Below, piece after piece: positions 1-12,737 of a stretch of DNA of 64,000 bases (position 1 is its first letter; each line of letters opens with the position of its first letter). This DNA comes from Anthoceros angustus (lineage: Eukaryota; Plantae; Anthocerotophyta). The position numbers were made by a program, and so were the translations under genes. The DNA is taken from the NCBI GenBank assembly GCA_010909165.1, contig MU008165.1, positions 1,798,001-1,862,000 of the forward strand, written 5' to 3'. A model generated the notes under the pieces. It saw only the letters and a list, made by a program, of their open reading frames with translations, made no database searches and had not been told where the DNA came from.

Positions 1-74
1 ACACCGGATCTGCCACTGCAGTTCCTTCCCCCAATCGCATGAGTTAAACTGGTTTCAAATGTTGCTGGTCATGG

Positions 75-449
75 ATGCCACCTGTAGGTGAAATCAAGGA
101 AGAAGTGCTGATACTGGAAGGAGTTCAAGTGGACTGGAGCAAGGCAGCTCACTTCGAGGTGTTCCTGATGCTGGCAAACGCGAGCTCGAGCGCCGATTGT
201 CGGGTGACTTGTGCTGAGTTCACTGGCATGTTCACCACTGTGCCCCGCCTGATGCACCAGGAGTTGTATCGCCATAAGAAAGTCACCTTCAAGCTGGGAA
301 TGGGGAACAAATTGAGGCAGCTGGCTGCCACTCACCTCTCGGAGGTTGCGGTCACTATTGTTCCAGGAAGACAGCACTACTACTCCTCCCGAGATGCGTC
401 CCCGCTGAGAATCAGCAAAATCAAGATCAGGCATGAAACTGTGCCGTGA
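75..449 (+). CDS. PPO: Polyphenol oxidase C-terminal (KFDV-type) domain; 3' fragment, 5' part outside the window or disrupted
   Basis: EEVLILEGVQVD..HFEVFL..AEFTGMFTTVP..FKLGM..VAVTIVP..LRISKIKI matches the plant PPO C-terminal pattern EEVLVIEGI/KFDVFIN/EFAGSF/LGITELL/VTLVP. There is an in-frame stop upstream at 45-47. Confidence 0.75.
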   Translation: MPPVGEIKEEVLILEGVQVDWSKAAHFEVFLMLANASSSADCRVTCAEFTGMFTTVPRLMHQELYRHKKVTFKLGMGNKLRQLAATHLSEVAVTIVPGRQHYYSSRDASPLRISKIKIRHETVP

Positions 450-856
450 TAGCACATAAAACATCGATATCGCCATAGCCGTGGTGGAACGCGCAGCTGG
501 GCGGTTTCCAAGAGGAGAGCCTAAGCTCTTGGAAGCCATTTCTTCCAGGAGGGTTCTGACAATCACGAGCTTCACTGATGAGCACTAGTATGCATCCATG
601 CCCAGAAACCACCACTCTTGCAGACCTCATCCTCCTGTATCCCCGGAAGGGCAACGTACCATTCTGAGCACCCATGAATATGTCCATTATTAATCGATTG
701 TTATCTACCTACTCTTTTCCTTCTAGGATCATGATCTTTTGCTCCATGATAGAGCTTGTCAAGACCTACTGGATGAGCCATTCCAGCCGGAACGGTCGAG
801 CAACTGGGGAGAAGTGAAGATTCGAACGATGATTTCAGGTTCCAGAGTTAACCTAT

Positions 857-1150
857 TCAACAACAACAACAACAACTTTATTTATGTCTAAGGATGAAAG
901 GACCATCATGGGACATATAGTACAGCATAAAAAGAGGCAAAAATACTGCATACATATATGTACGTCTCAACTAGAGAGATAGAGACGGTGCAAGATAGAA
1001 AAAGGGAGACGGTGCAAGATAGAAAAAGGGAAGGAAATTATAAGAGGCAAAAGAGCTATAAAGAATCCAAGACATAGGCTCAACACGATATCTTTCGAAG
1101 GGGGTGAATATCCGAACCCCCTTCTGTGACATGGAAACCTCTTAGCACAT
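857..1150 (-). mobile_element. Probable 3' end of a non-LTR retroelement with AATAAA followed by a (GTT)n tail
   Basis: On the minus strand CATAAATAAA runs into a (GTT)6 tail; there is an internal ~24 bp direct repeat near 980-1030. Bases ~1080-1125 encode RIFTPFERYRV, also seen on the plus strand at ~3355-3390. Confidence 0.45.
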
Positions 1151-1954
1151 TCTACGCAGTCCCGAAATATACGTTTTGCCTCGTTTTCAAGAAAGGTCGA
1201 CCGTTTTCCAACGAGTAGTTATCATGAAAACCTGTTTCCAACACACAAAGACAACAAATCCGAGCGAAGGCGCCGGCGCCTTCGCTTCGTTTTTGAGGAA
1301 GAGGGGAAAATGAAATCATCAATTGCCTCACTGCAATGGGTCCAAAAGTTATTACGAACACGGAGAAAAAGCACATCTAGGTGCCTACAGAACCGTAAAC
1401 CTACTCTTTATGGCTAACTTGTGACTCATCGGGTGCTAGAGCGGACTCCGAATCCATCACGACGACCAAATTTCAAATCCGCTCCAATTCCCGTTCGTCG
1501 AAGCTATCGGTCTCGCCCAAAGCCCTGGAGTCTTCGTTCAGTCCTCCCCAGTTTTGGTCTTCAGCCGACGAGCATTCAAAGAATCCACCTGCGCTTTCAA
1601 AAGAGTCCTTCTCGTTGATACACACCTCCTTTGCCCAGAATTGCGCAAGTCCTCTGTGGTGGGCCTCAAATGTCAATTCTTCGTCAGCATCTGGCAAAAC
1701 CTCATACCCATGGATCCGTTGTGGAATATATCCTGCACACCTGAAGTCAGCCTCAATAGACGAGCATGCTAGCGCCCTTAAATGGTCGTGCCCATGCGCC
1801 CATAAAATCAACAAAGTTGGTTTTCGAACCTTTAAAGGATTTTAACCATCACCTATTCGAAACTGTTTCTAAACCACTTGAGTAAATATCCCAGGTTAAA
1901 ATATATTGGAAGAACTAATTATTTATTTTATCAATGGCAGCCCATGAGGAGAAC

Positions 1955-2070
1955 ATACATGGGTAGGGCGCCGGCCGGCTGGCGCCCATGGGCAAGGCTT
2001 GTTGGGGAAGGGCGCTGGCCGGCGCCCATGTACAAGGCTTGTTGGGGAAGGGCGCCGGTCGGCCAGCGTT
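1955..2070. repeat. GC-rich tandem/palindromic repeats (GGGCGCCGGCCGG; CAAGGCTTGTTGGGGAAGGGCGC x2)
   Basis: Directly visible; a related motif occurs in inverted orientation at ~2995-3030. Confidence 0.7.
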
Positions 2071-2194
2071 CTCTTTATGGATGTGTATATTGAAACTCCT
2101 CTCATGCCATGGTTGCACGCATTTTCCAAAACACCTATGGACCTATTTTCATTCATTCATTCATCTTGTACTATGTACTTAGTTCTCGAAGAAT

Positions 2195-2490
2195 ATATGG
2201 GCATGTTCTACCCACAAAGCGTGAAGCATAGCATTACTTTGAGGCGTAGAAATAGATTGTCGTGTAAGTAGAGGTTTTTGTTCACCAAACGGTCATCCTC
2301 TATTATGAGTTCAACTTGATGGCGGAAACATTTATACGCTGTGGATAAGAAGGCAATCAAGGATAAGTTAATTGAATTGCGAGGCTTCATTCAACCAGCG
2401 AGTCAAAGTGCCACCAAGGACAGTGAAGATGATGGTCATGATGTCGTGCCCAATGAAGATGATGGCATGGAGTCTGGCGAAGAGTAGGAA
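2195..2490 (+). mobile_element. Possible hAT transposase C-terminal dimerisation-domain remnant
   Basis: RRRNRLSCK, then (frameshifted) EVFVHQ and an acidic tail, resembling the hAT KRNRL..LVFVH motif; broken by stops. Confidence 0.3.
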
Positions 2491-3415
2491 ACCCTCTGAA
2501 TGTTAGGTCATCTTCGACGGAGAATTGGTGAGGTTATGCGTGAAGCTCAATTCCTCTAGTTTGGAGTAATATTTCTGAAAAGAGTCTAGGCCCATGATAG
2601 GATTTTGGTTGTGGTTGTTCTCTGTGTGCCGTTGTAGACTTCACATGCTTAATAACTTCCAATGTTCAAGCCTTTTTTCATTACATGCGGAAGGACATGT
2701 GGGGAGTGTGGCCGTAGTTGCGCACTCGGCATTGCGGCATACTAACAGGCAACACACGATGAGCCCTGCGGGCATGTTTTTCTGTGCCATACGTTGGCGG
2801 AAACCAGTTGCCGCACACTTTTTTTCATTCATCGATTACAGTCTGTGGGACTGAACCATGTGATTATATTTGCGGGCACAATTGAGGGTGTGCAGAGGCC
2901 ACCCACCCACCTCACACCCAAAGTCTTTTTGTACACACATCCCGCTATGGCCTGCTACTTTCCGCCTTTCACAAGGCATCATCTCAATGCCAGGAAAAGG
3001 GCGTCGGCCGGCAGGCGCCCTTCTCCTCAGACCTGCTTTGCTCCCCGGCCATCAGGGGGTTAGCTTGTCATCCAATTATGATCACCGTGCTTTTTACGAG
3101 TCTTTAGGGTTGTTGTACGAGAAAGACCGACAATGATCGGCAGCAATGGCCCTTGTCATGGGTCTTAAATGCACCCCAAATAAGGTTACCTCTTGCACCA
3201 TAACCCTTCGCTGGCATGAAATGGACCTTGTATCACTGGTTCACAGGAATTTTCACCCTTCTTTTCTGCCTTACATTCACCCATACCTCAAAAACCACGA
3301 GTTCAATACCCATGTGAAATCGCTTCAGGAGATAAATTTCACAAAACTCCCTTCGAGAATATTCACCCCCTTCGAAAGATACCGTGTTGGCCCAGTGAGC
3401 TTTGGAATATGAAAC

Positions 3416-6400
3416 GGGAAGAATCTGCGCAAGAAAAAACTAGCACCTTAAAAAAGAAGAGTGTAGTGAGCCCGAATAGGAGCATAGATAGGGCAATGCT
3501 TGCACATACGGGCAGCTTGAGGAGGTGAGGAGGTGTGGGCTAAATGAAAGGGGAACCAGGTGAGACGAAGGTATCTTAATTTAAGGTCCCGTCGGATGAG
3601 GTAGTTGGGAGGGAGATGAGCAAGGGGGAGTAGGGAATGGGGAGTTGGCCAAGCTGGGAGTCCAAGGGTGCAAAGTCAAGCCGTTTCAGTCAAGCAACTG
3701 CTTGAGAGAGCCAAGAAAAAGAAGCTTGGGAATCAGTATTGAGCGAAAGGGAGCGGAAAGAACTATAGGCAAGGAGATGTAGGGGGGAAGGATTAACAAG
3801 GAGGAGGAGGCGGTGAAGGAAACAAGAGAGACTGAAAGAGGCCTTCAAGTTCAAGGGGAAGGCAATAAATTCAAAAAGAAGGATAGGTAAAGAGCGAAGA
3901 ACTGAGGTTTGTACTTTTTCCACTTTAACCCAAGAAGAAGAGAAAAGACGCGGCTCCAGACCTTAGCACCATCAATAGCACCTCAACCAAGATCTCATGC
4001 CCTGAACCACCAGGGCCTTGTTGAGTTGAGTTCTATTGCTTATAATCGTGTGACTCACATCCATGCTTCATGGTTTACGCGATATCGATTTAGTATTGCA
4101 TCTGAGATGGCTATGGATGATGTGTCTTCACGAGTCGTGGACTCGCAGGAGCGTGATCTGCCTTTGCTTGTTGTGGAGACGGAGTCGGCCACGTAACGCG
4201 GTGCGGGGAGCGGGGAATACTGGTGCTCGGAATCTGGATGCTGGATGCGCGTTCGTGACGGGAACGGTTGGACGGTCCCGTTTTCCGTTTTGTGACATGG
4301 GAAACGAAAAAACGAAACGCAAGGGTAGCGTGTCGTGCTGCAGCCGCTTTATAAGATCCGCGACAAATGGCATCACGGCAGCCCCACCAGAGATAATCTA
4401 GGCCGGGCGCCAGGCGCCCGGTCTAGAAGATCCCACGAAAGGTAAGAGAATCTGAGTGGGCGTGGCCCCCGCTAGACCTGTGGCCCCTCATGGCGATGGC
4501 GCCCGGAAGCTTGCCTTGATTTGCTGCGACGTTGGAGCGCTGGGTGACGCGAATGGAATAATTGCTGTATCTTATAAGGCAGGCGGGGGAGGGAAAGATG
4601 GAGATGCGAATTTTGTTGCCCGTTTTGTGGATGGGGTTCGGGGATGGCCAGGAAGCGGGATTCCTGCCCGCGTTCTCAGCTGCGGGATCCGGAATTCGCG
4701 TCCGCTGCCCAGTTTGAGGCTGAATTGCGCGGGCTGTAGGAGTTGAATTGGATGGTTGAATTGCGGGGAATGGAGTTGCAGATGGAGGCCGGATGAGGCT
4801 GCCCTGCGTGGCGGGAGCGCAGGAGTGGAGGTGAAGCGGGTGGCCGGGGTCGGTAGGAGGAGTGGTATTTTCAGGATTCCGGGTGGACAAGGCCAGGAAT
4901 GCGGTGTGCTGGGAGCGGCGGTTGGGCGCTGCAGGTGCACGGTTGATGTAAGTGTGGCGGGTGGTGGGTGATTTTGTGGGTGGAGGTTTGGTGGTTTGTG
5001 TCTGCGTTGTGGGTTGGTGATTTGAAGCTTGTGGCAATGGCTGTGGGTGCAGCATCATCAGGATTTGGAGGTGGTGAGGAAGGTGGCCCCGTCGCTGGAC
5101 CGGGCGACTGATGGGGCCAGCACGGAGTGGAAGGCTGTTCCGGACATTTGGAAGACAGCTGCGGAGAAGTATGGGGACAGAACCGCCCTGCTGGATCCTC
5201 ATCGCACCCCTGCAACCACAGTGTCGTATAAGCAGGTATGGGAGTTGTGGGTCGTGTTGGGGTGGGTTGGTTTTGGAGGAGTCGTGGAGAGTGATGGTGT
5301 CGTTGTATGTGTGTAGTTGGAGCAAGCGATATTGGACTTCGCGGAGGGGCTCAGGGTTTGTGGTATTCATCCGGATCAGCATGTGGCTCTCTTTGCAGAC
5401 AACTCGTATCGGTGGCTGATAGCTGACCAAGGTGTGTGTGTTGGTTTGGGATGCGGAGAATGTGTGGTGGTGGAGAATTGCGGCTGAAAGGCCCTTCTGT
5501 GCAGGCATCATGGCTGCAGGGCTGCCAATGCTGTGAGAGGTCAAGGTCGTCCAACGACGAGCTCTTTCTCATTCTCGATCATTCTGACAGGTTGGTAAGT
5601 TGTTTCCTATCCGCCACTAGCCCAGGAGTAGGCTCGAGCTTTCTTGTTCCTTGATGCTCCTCTTCTTGCTCATCACATTCCGGGAGTTGCTATCATGGCA
5701 GTGTGGCACTTGTGGTCGATAATCCAGAGCTGTTTAACAAGCTAGGTCCACGATTGAAGACCGTTCAAAGACTGAACTTTGTGGTGCTCCTGTGGGGAGA
5801 GAAGGAGGCTTTGAAAGGAGCCGACTCTTTCCACATTCCCATCTATTCTTATTCAGAGCTGATTGCTTCTGGGCGTACAAGCCGGCAAGCGCTTGCTGCT
5901 GTAATCGCTCAGGTGCAAAACTGAGTCCCATTGGCCTTGTCACGCTGCTTAGCTGAAGCCAATCCTTCGTCTGAATGTCTTTTGTTTCAATCCCAGGAGT
6001 CCAAAATGATGTCATACGGCCAGATGATGTCGCCACCATTGTCTACACCAGTGGAACCACTGCGCTTTCAAAAGAGTCATGCTCACGCATGGGAACCTGT
6101 TGCATCAGGTACACGTGGCTTCTGCTTACGACATGTTGGAGACACTGGGTCAGCGACAACCAGGTGATTTGGCGCTGTCGAAACCCTGGACCTGACTAAG
6201 TGCCTTCGATTTGCTTGCCAGGTCGTCCATTTGCATCATGTTCTTCAGCCAGGTCCCGGAGACAAGATTTTGAGCCTGCTTCCTCCTTGGCACATGTATG
6301 AGAGGGCAGCTGAATACTTCAGCCTTGCCAACGGTGTGGAGCAGGTGTACACTGCGGTGCCACGTTTGAAGGTAAACCACTTGAAGCAAATGTCCAGAGT

Positions 6401-9400
6401 TGGTGTTCATTTCAAAATGCAGAGTTGGGACTTAAGGTCTGGCTTTCGCTGCAGGATGATCTGGCTTTCTATGCACCAGAGTATTTCATTGCTGTTCCCC
6501 TGGTGTACGAAATGCTATACAGGTAATCTCTCAACAGGCAAACTACCCACTTGAGACCTTCAAGTGAAGTTGCTCTGCCCGGAGGTTGATGACCCGATGT
6601 ACTTGCTGCTGTGCATGCAGTGCAGTGCAGAAGAAGCTTGAAGCTGGAAGAATACTGCAAGAAAAAACTAGCACCTTAAAAAGAAGAGTGTAGTGAGCGA
6701 ATAGGAGCATAGATAGGGCAATGCTTGCACACAGGCTTGAGGAGGTGAGGAGGTGTGGGCTAAATGAAGGGAACGGGTGAGGCAGAAGGTATCTTAATTT
6801 AAGGTCCCGTCGGATGAGGTAGTTGGGAGGGAGATGAGCAAGGGGGAGTAGGGAATGGGGAGTTGGCCAAGTCAAGGTGCAAAGTCAAGCCGTTTCGGTC
6901 AAACAAGCGCTTGAGAGAGCCAAGAAAGAAGCTTGGGAATCGATTGAAGCGAAAGGGGCGGAAAGAACTATAGGCAAGGAGATGTAGGGGAAGGATTAAC
7001 AAGGAGGAGGAGGCGGTGAAGGAAACAAGAGAGTGAAAGAGGCCTTCAAGTTCAAGGGAAGGCAATAAATTCAAAAGAAGGATAGGTAAGAACTGAGGTT
7101 TGTACTTTTTCCACTTTAACCCAAGAAGAGAAAAGACGCGGCTCCAGACCTTGCACCATCAATAGCACCTCAACTAAGATCTCATGCCCTGAACCACCAG
7201 GGCCTTGTTGAGTTGAGTTCTATTGCTTATAATCGTGTGACTCACATCCATGCTTCATGGTTTACGCGATATCGATTTAGTATTGCATCTGAGATGGCTA
7301 TGGATGATGTGTCTTCACGAGTCGTGGACTCGCAGGAGCGTGATCTGCCTTTGCTTGTTGTGGAGACAGAGTCGGCCACGTAACGCGGTGCGGGGAATAC
7401 TGGTGCTCGGAATCTGGATGCTGGATGCGCGTTCGTGACAGGAACGGTTGGACGGTCCCGTTTTCCGTTTTGTGACATGGGAAACGAAAAACGAAACGCA
7501 AGGGTAGCGTGTCGTGCTGCAGCCGCTTTATAAGATCCGCGACAAATGGCATCACGGCAGCCCACCAGAGATAATCTGGGCCGGGCGCCAGGCGCCCGGT
7601 CTAGAAGATCCACGAAAGGTAAGAATCTGAGTGGGCGTGGCCCCGCTGAACCTGTGGCCCCTCATGGCGATGGCGCCCGGAAGCTTGCCTTGATTTGCTG
7701 CGACGTTGGAGCGCTGGGTGACGCGAATGGAATAATTGCTGTATCTTATAAGGCAGGCGGGGGAGGGAAAGATGGAGATGCGAATTTTGTTGCCCGTTTT
7801 GTGGATGGGGTTCGGGGATGGCCAGGAAGCGGGATTCCTGCCCGCGTTCTCAGCTGCGGGATCCGGAATTCGCGTCCGCTGCCCAGTTTGAGGCTGAATT
7901 GCGCGGGCTGTAGGGAGTTGAATTGGATGGTTGAATTGCGGGGAATGGAGTTGCAGATGGAGGCCGGGATGAGGCTGCCCTGCGTGGCGGGGAGCGCAGG
8001 AGTGGAGGTGAAGCGGGTGGCCGGGGTCGGTAGGAGGAGTGGTATTTCGGGATTCCGGGTGGACAAGGCCAGGAATGCGGTGTGCTGGGAGCGGCGGTTG
8101 GGCGCTGCGAGGTGCACGGTTGATGTAAGTGTGGGCGGGTGGTGGGTGATTTTGTGGGTGGAGGTTTGGTGGGTTTTGTGTCTGCGTTGTGGGTTGGTGA
8201 TTTGAAGCTTGTGGCAATGGCTGTGGGTGCAGCATCATCGGGATTTGGAGGTGGTGAGGAAGGTGGCCCCGTCGCTGGACCGGGCGACTGATGGGGCCAG
8301 CACGGAGTGGAAGGCTGTTCCGGACATTTGGAAGACAGCTGCGGAGAAGTATGGGGACAGAACCGCCCTGCTGGATCCTCATCGCACCCCTGCAACCACA
8401 GTGTCGTATAAGCAGGTATGGGAGTTGTGGGTCGTGTTGGGGTGGGTTGGTTTTGGAGGAGTCGTGGAGTGATGGTGTCGTTGTATGTGTAGTTGGAGCA
8501 AGCGATATTGGACTTCGCGGAGGGGCTCAGGGTTTGTGGTATTCATCCGGATCAGCATGTGGCTCTCTTTGCAGACAACTCGTATCGGTGGCTGATAGCT
8601 GACCAAGGTGTGTGTGTTGGTTTGGGATGCGGAGAATGTGTGGTGGTGGAGAATTGCGGCTGAAAGGCCCTTCTGTGCAGGCATCATGGCTGCGGGGGCT
8701 GCCAATGCTGTGAGAGGGTCAAGGTCGTCCAACGACGAGCTCTTTCTCATTCTCGATCATTCTGACAGGTTGGTAAGTTGTTTCCTATCCGCCACTAGCC
8801 CAGGAGTAGGCTCGAGCTTTCTTGTTCCTTGATGCTCCTCTTCTTGCTCATCACATTCCGGGAGTTGCTATCATGGCAGTGTGGCACTTGTGGTCGATAA
8901 TCCAGAGCTGTTTAACAAGCTAGGTCCACGATTGAAGACCGTTCAAAGACTGAACTTTGTGGTGCTCCTGTGGGGAGAGAAGGAGGCTTTGAAAGGAGCC
9001 GACTCTTTCCACATTCCCATCTATTCTTATTCAGAGCTGATTGCTTCTGGGCGTACAAGCCGGCAAGCGCTTGCTGCTGCCAATCGCTCAGGTGCAAAAC
9101 TGAGTCCCATTGGCCTTGTCACGCTGCTTAGCTGAAGCCAATCCTTCGTCTGAATGTCTTTTGTTTCCAATCCCAGGAGTCCAAAATGATGTCATACGGC
9201 CAGATGATGTCGCCACCATTGTCTACACCAGTGGAACCACTGGGAATCCCAAGGGAGTCATGCTCACGCATGGGAACCTGTTGCATCAGGTACACGTGGC
9301 TTCTGCTTACGACATGTTGGAGACACTGGGTCAGCGACAACCAGGTGATTTGGCGCTGTCGAAACCCTGGACCTGACTAAGTGCCTTCGATTTGCTTGCC

Positions 9401-9828
9401 AGGTCGTCCATTTGCATCATGTTCTTCAGCCAGGTCCCGGAGACAAGATTTTGAGCCTGCTTCCTCCTTGGCACATGTATGAGAGGGCAGCTGAATACTT
9501 CAGCCTTGCCAACGGTGTGGAGCAGGTGTACACTGCGGTGCCACGTTTGAAGGTAAACCACTTGAAGCAAATGTCCAGAGTTGGTGTTCATTTCAAAATG
9601 CAGAGTTGGGACTTAAGGTCTGGCTTTCGCTGCAGGATGATCTGGCTTTCTATGCACCAGAGTATTTCATTGCTGTTCCCCTGGTGTACGAAATGCTATA
9701 CAGGTAATCTCTCAACAGGCAAACTACCCACTTGAGACCTTCAAGTGAAGTTGCTCTGCCCGGAGGTTGATGACCCGATGTACTTGCTGCTGTGCATGCA
9801 GTGCAGTGCAGAAGAAGCTTGAAGCTGG
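3416..9828. repeat. Tandem duplication A, ~3.2 kb unit (about 3416-6650 and 6651-9828)
   Basis: Near-identical sequence from ..CAAGAAAAAACTAGCACCTT to GCAGAAGAAGCTTGAAGCTGG; the differences are mostly small indels. Confidence 0.95.
4770..6650 (+). pseudogene. 5'-partial, frameshifted duplicate of the AAE15/16 gene
   Basis: Same exons as 7945-9828 but cut off after QKKLEAG; [10 protein letters not shown] is corrupted at ~6060-6080. Confidence 0.8.
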
Positions 9829-11724
9829 CTCAGAGCTACGTAAGACGATTGCTCTTGGGCTTATCAGCATAAGCATGAAGTACATGGACTGCAAGCGCAT
9901 TTCTGAGGTTCAGACCTTTCCCTTCCAACTTCAATGCTCCCTCTCCCTTCATGGCAGCAGAATGCAGTCCATCCCTTCTCTTACTTACCGTCGTGTTTCT
10001 CTTAGGGAAGAGCATTGACGCAAGTAGCGGATACTCCGAATCCCCTCTTTGCAGCTGGGGAATGGACTAGGGCTGTAGCTATGGCCTATCTGTTGCTCCC
10101 ACTACATGCGTTGGCACAGAAACTTGTGTACACCAAAATCAAAGCAGCACTAGGTATTAAGAAGGTGAGGATCCACGTTTTACTGCCTCCTTGTAGTTAA
10201 AGGACCGCTTTGTGTTGATTTGGATGTTGTGCAACAGTGCATAAGTGAACATGATGTGCATGCTCCTTTCAGATAGGCGTCAGTGGAGGTGGAAGCCTTG
10301 CCGGCCATATTGACAAGTTCTTCGAGGTCAGGATGATTGCCCTTCCCTCGCTGCAGTATATGCCATCATTCCTTCCCTTGCCTTTTAGGGCTGATCGCTT
10401 GCTTCTGCTGTTGTCTGCAGGCTATCGGCGTCACAGTGTTGAACGGATATGGTCTGACAGAAACCTCTCCCGTTCTCGCTGCGCGTGTGCCTGAGAACAA
10501 CGTATGCCTCTTAAGCCTGTCTCTCATTTGCATATCCTACTGTGGCGGGAAAGGTTCTTGTCCTCGTGGCTTACAAGTTGTTGTCTCCCAGGTTCTGGGT
10601 ACGGTTGGGAAGCCTCTGCCTTTAACAGAAATCAAAGTGGTGGATATGGAAACTGGCAAGACTGTTGCTCCTGGAGTGAGGGGCACCGTGAAAGCTCGAG
10701 GCCCTCAACTTATGAAAGGCTACTACAAGGTACAACATGTGTCTCTGTGGCAGTATTTTCATGGATGGATGGAAGGAAAGAGCATCGTGGTTTTGATGGC
10801 ATGCATCTGTTATGTACAGAACCCCCTTGCAACGAGTAAGGCAATCGACGAGGACGGGTGGTTTGACACGGGTGACCTAGGATGGCTTGCTCCTGAATCT
10901 CAATCTGGTCCAGCTCGGAACTGCGGCGGCACATTGGTTTTAGATGGTCGAGCTAAGGACACCATTGTGCTCTCGACAGGTAGAATGCGTGATATATTCA
11001 TGCTACACTTCTGCATTCCGCCGCTTGCTGATCTCCTGGCCTACATGCGTAGGTGAGAATGTGGAGCCAACACAGATAGAAGAGGCAGCGATGCAGAGCA
11101 AACTGGTTCATCAGATAATGGTGGTGGGGCAGGTGGGCTGATGTCATGGTCCCCTATTTATCTTTCAAGACATCAAATTTTCCTTCCAGCGAAAGAAGCT
11201 TTTGCTAACACTTGGAAACGCAGGATCAACGTCGGCTGGGTGCCTTGGTTGTTGTGAACAAGGAGGAGCTTGAACGAGTGAAATCGAAGCTTAGAAAGTC
11301 TGCAGAATCATCAGAACCAAGCCAGGATGACCTCCGAGTACTTTTCAGAAGCGAAATAAACAAGTTGTAAGCCTTTACTCACCTCACCCTCACCTCTGCT
11401 CTTACCGCACCCAAAGGAGTATTAGCATCTCCATCGTTCCTGACATAAATGTTCCTGGCCAGCCTGAGAGATGGGAGCTTCACCCTTGGGACTGTAGCTC
11501 TCCTTGAAGACCCTTTCACGGTAAGGTTTGTTCGAGTTTCTCGTTTCGCAATTCATAGCTCTGAGGAAGAAAGCGTGTGATCTCATCCCCCTCCCTTATC
11601 TCTATCCTTCCTTGTGCAGATCGAGAATGGGCTCTTAACACCAACTTTGAAAATCCGGAGAGAAGCTGTGGCATCCCAGTACAAAGACACGATCAGTGCT
11701 CTGTTCAAGCAGATGAAAAACTGA
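7945..11724 (+). CDS. AAE15: Plastid long-chain acyl-ACP/acyl-CoA synthetase (AAE15/AAE16-like), multi-exon
   Basis: Transit-like [13 protein letters not shown]..; [14 protein letters not shown]; [11 protein letters not shown]; [16 protein letters not shown]; [11 protein letters not shown]; GWFDTGDLG; [17 protein letters not shown]; [12 protein letters not shown]; stop TGA at 11722-11724; GT-AG introns. Confidence 0.93.
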
Positions 11725-12737
11725 TTGATTGGTCTACTCCCGGAACCTTATCAGCTTCATATGAATGCCAAGCTCAATGTAAAGTTACTATTTACACGTC
11801 TTTGAGACGAAAAATTAGCCTGCCAATTAAGGCAGTGGATTTGAAGCTTGTAAACTGTACAGGTTGTCAGCTACAGACCTACTCTAGATCTAGCAACATT
11901 TTCGGGCTCCATCATTTTCGGGCTCCATCCCGTGTAATAAACATAATTGTGTACATACATGCATACATCTGTGACACCTGTTCTTGTGTTCTTTTCTTGA
12001 CTCACTTCGACGTACCGACTGCCTTCTTCTACATCATGGCAAAGCTTGCAAACATCTACTGAAGACGACAATGGTGTCTCACATTCCTGTTATCTACTTG
12101 ACATGCTTTGTATTCTTGAGAACCTGAACACTCCCACGGCCATCACGGCTTTGAGATGGTCGAATTGCGCAACTAGAGCATTTCATTTTTTAAGCCCTAA
12201 ATTCGTTTATTTCTTGGTCTGAACTGGGCTCGCTCTGTTCCTCGTTCGGGACATCTGGTCCTTGTTGAGATCTGACAAGATACCTCCGAAGTTGGGCTGT
12301 TTCAGCCATCAACTTCGGGATATCTTATCAAATCTCAACAAGAAGGGTTGCGCAAGCTCTACCAGAGCCTCGACGCAGCAGACTGGTAAGACCTTGAAGG
12401 TGGAGATTGATGATCAAATATGTGTGGTGTGACAAGACGTGGGGACGAAGCTGCAACTGAGGCAGATGGCGTCGAGCAGGATTTGCAACAAAAGCAGGCT
12501 GAAAATGAACAACTAAAAGATGACTTTGGACAGACGATGGAAGATCTGCGCAAGGCATTATCGGATGCTCAGATGGAGAATGATGAAACAAACGCCAGGA
12601 GATGAAGCAAACAGTTCTGCTGGGGAAAGAGAGGTTATAGTCTCGGAGAACACAGATTTCGAGAGTGGGTTGATCGGATTGACATCGGAGGTGTGGGGAG
12701 GTGTGGTAGCGTCAAAGGAGAGGACAGATTTGTCACC

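Noticed and set aside
1473-1814. 113 aa acidic ORF on the - strand
   Set aside because: No recognisable family and no splice or start context; likely TE debris.
4423-8395. Long Pro/His/Thr-rich ORFs on the - strand (373, 276, 181 aa)
   Set aside because: Antisense to the GC/GT-rich 5' region of AAE15 and its duplicate.
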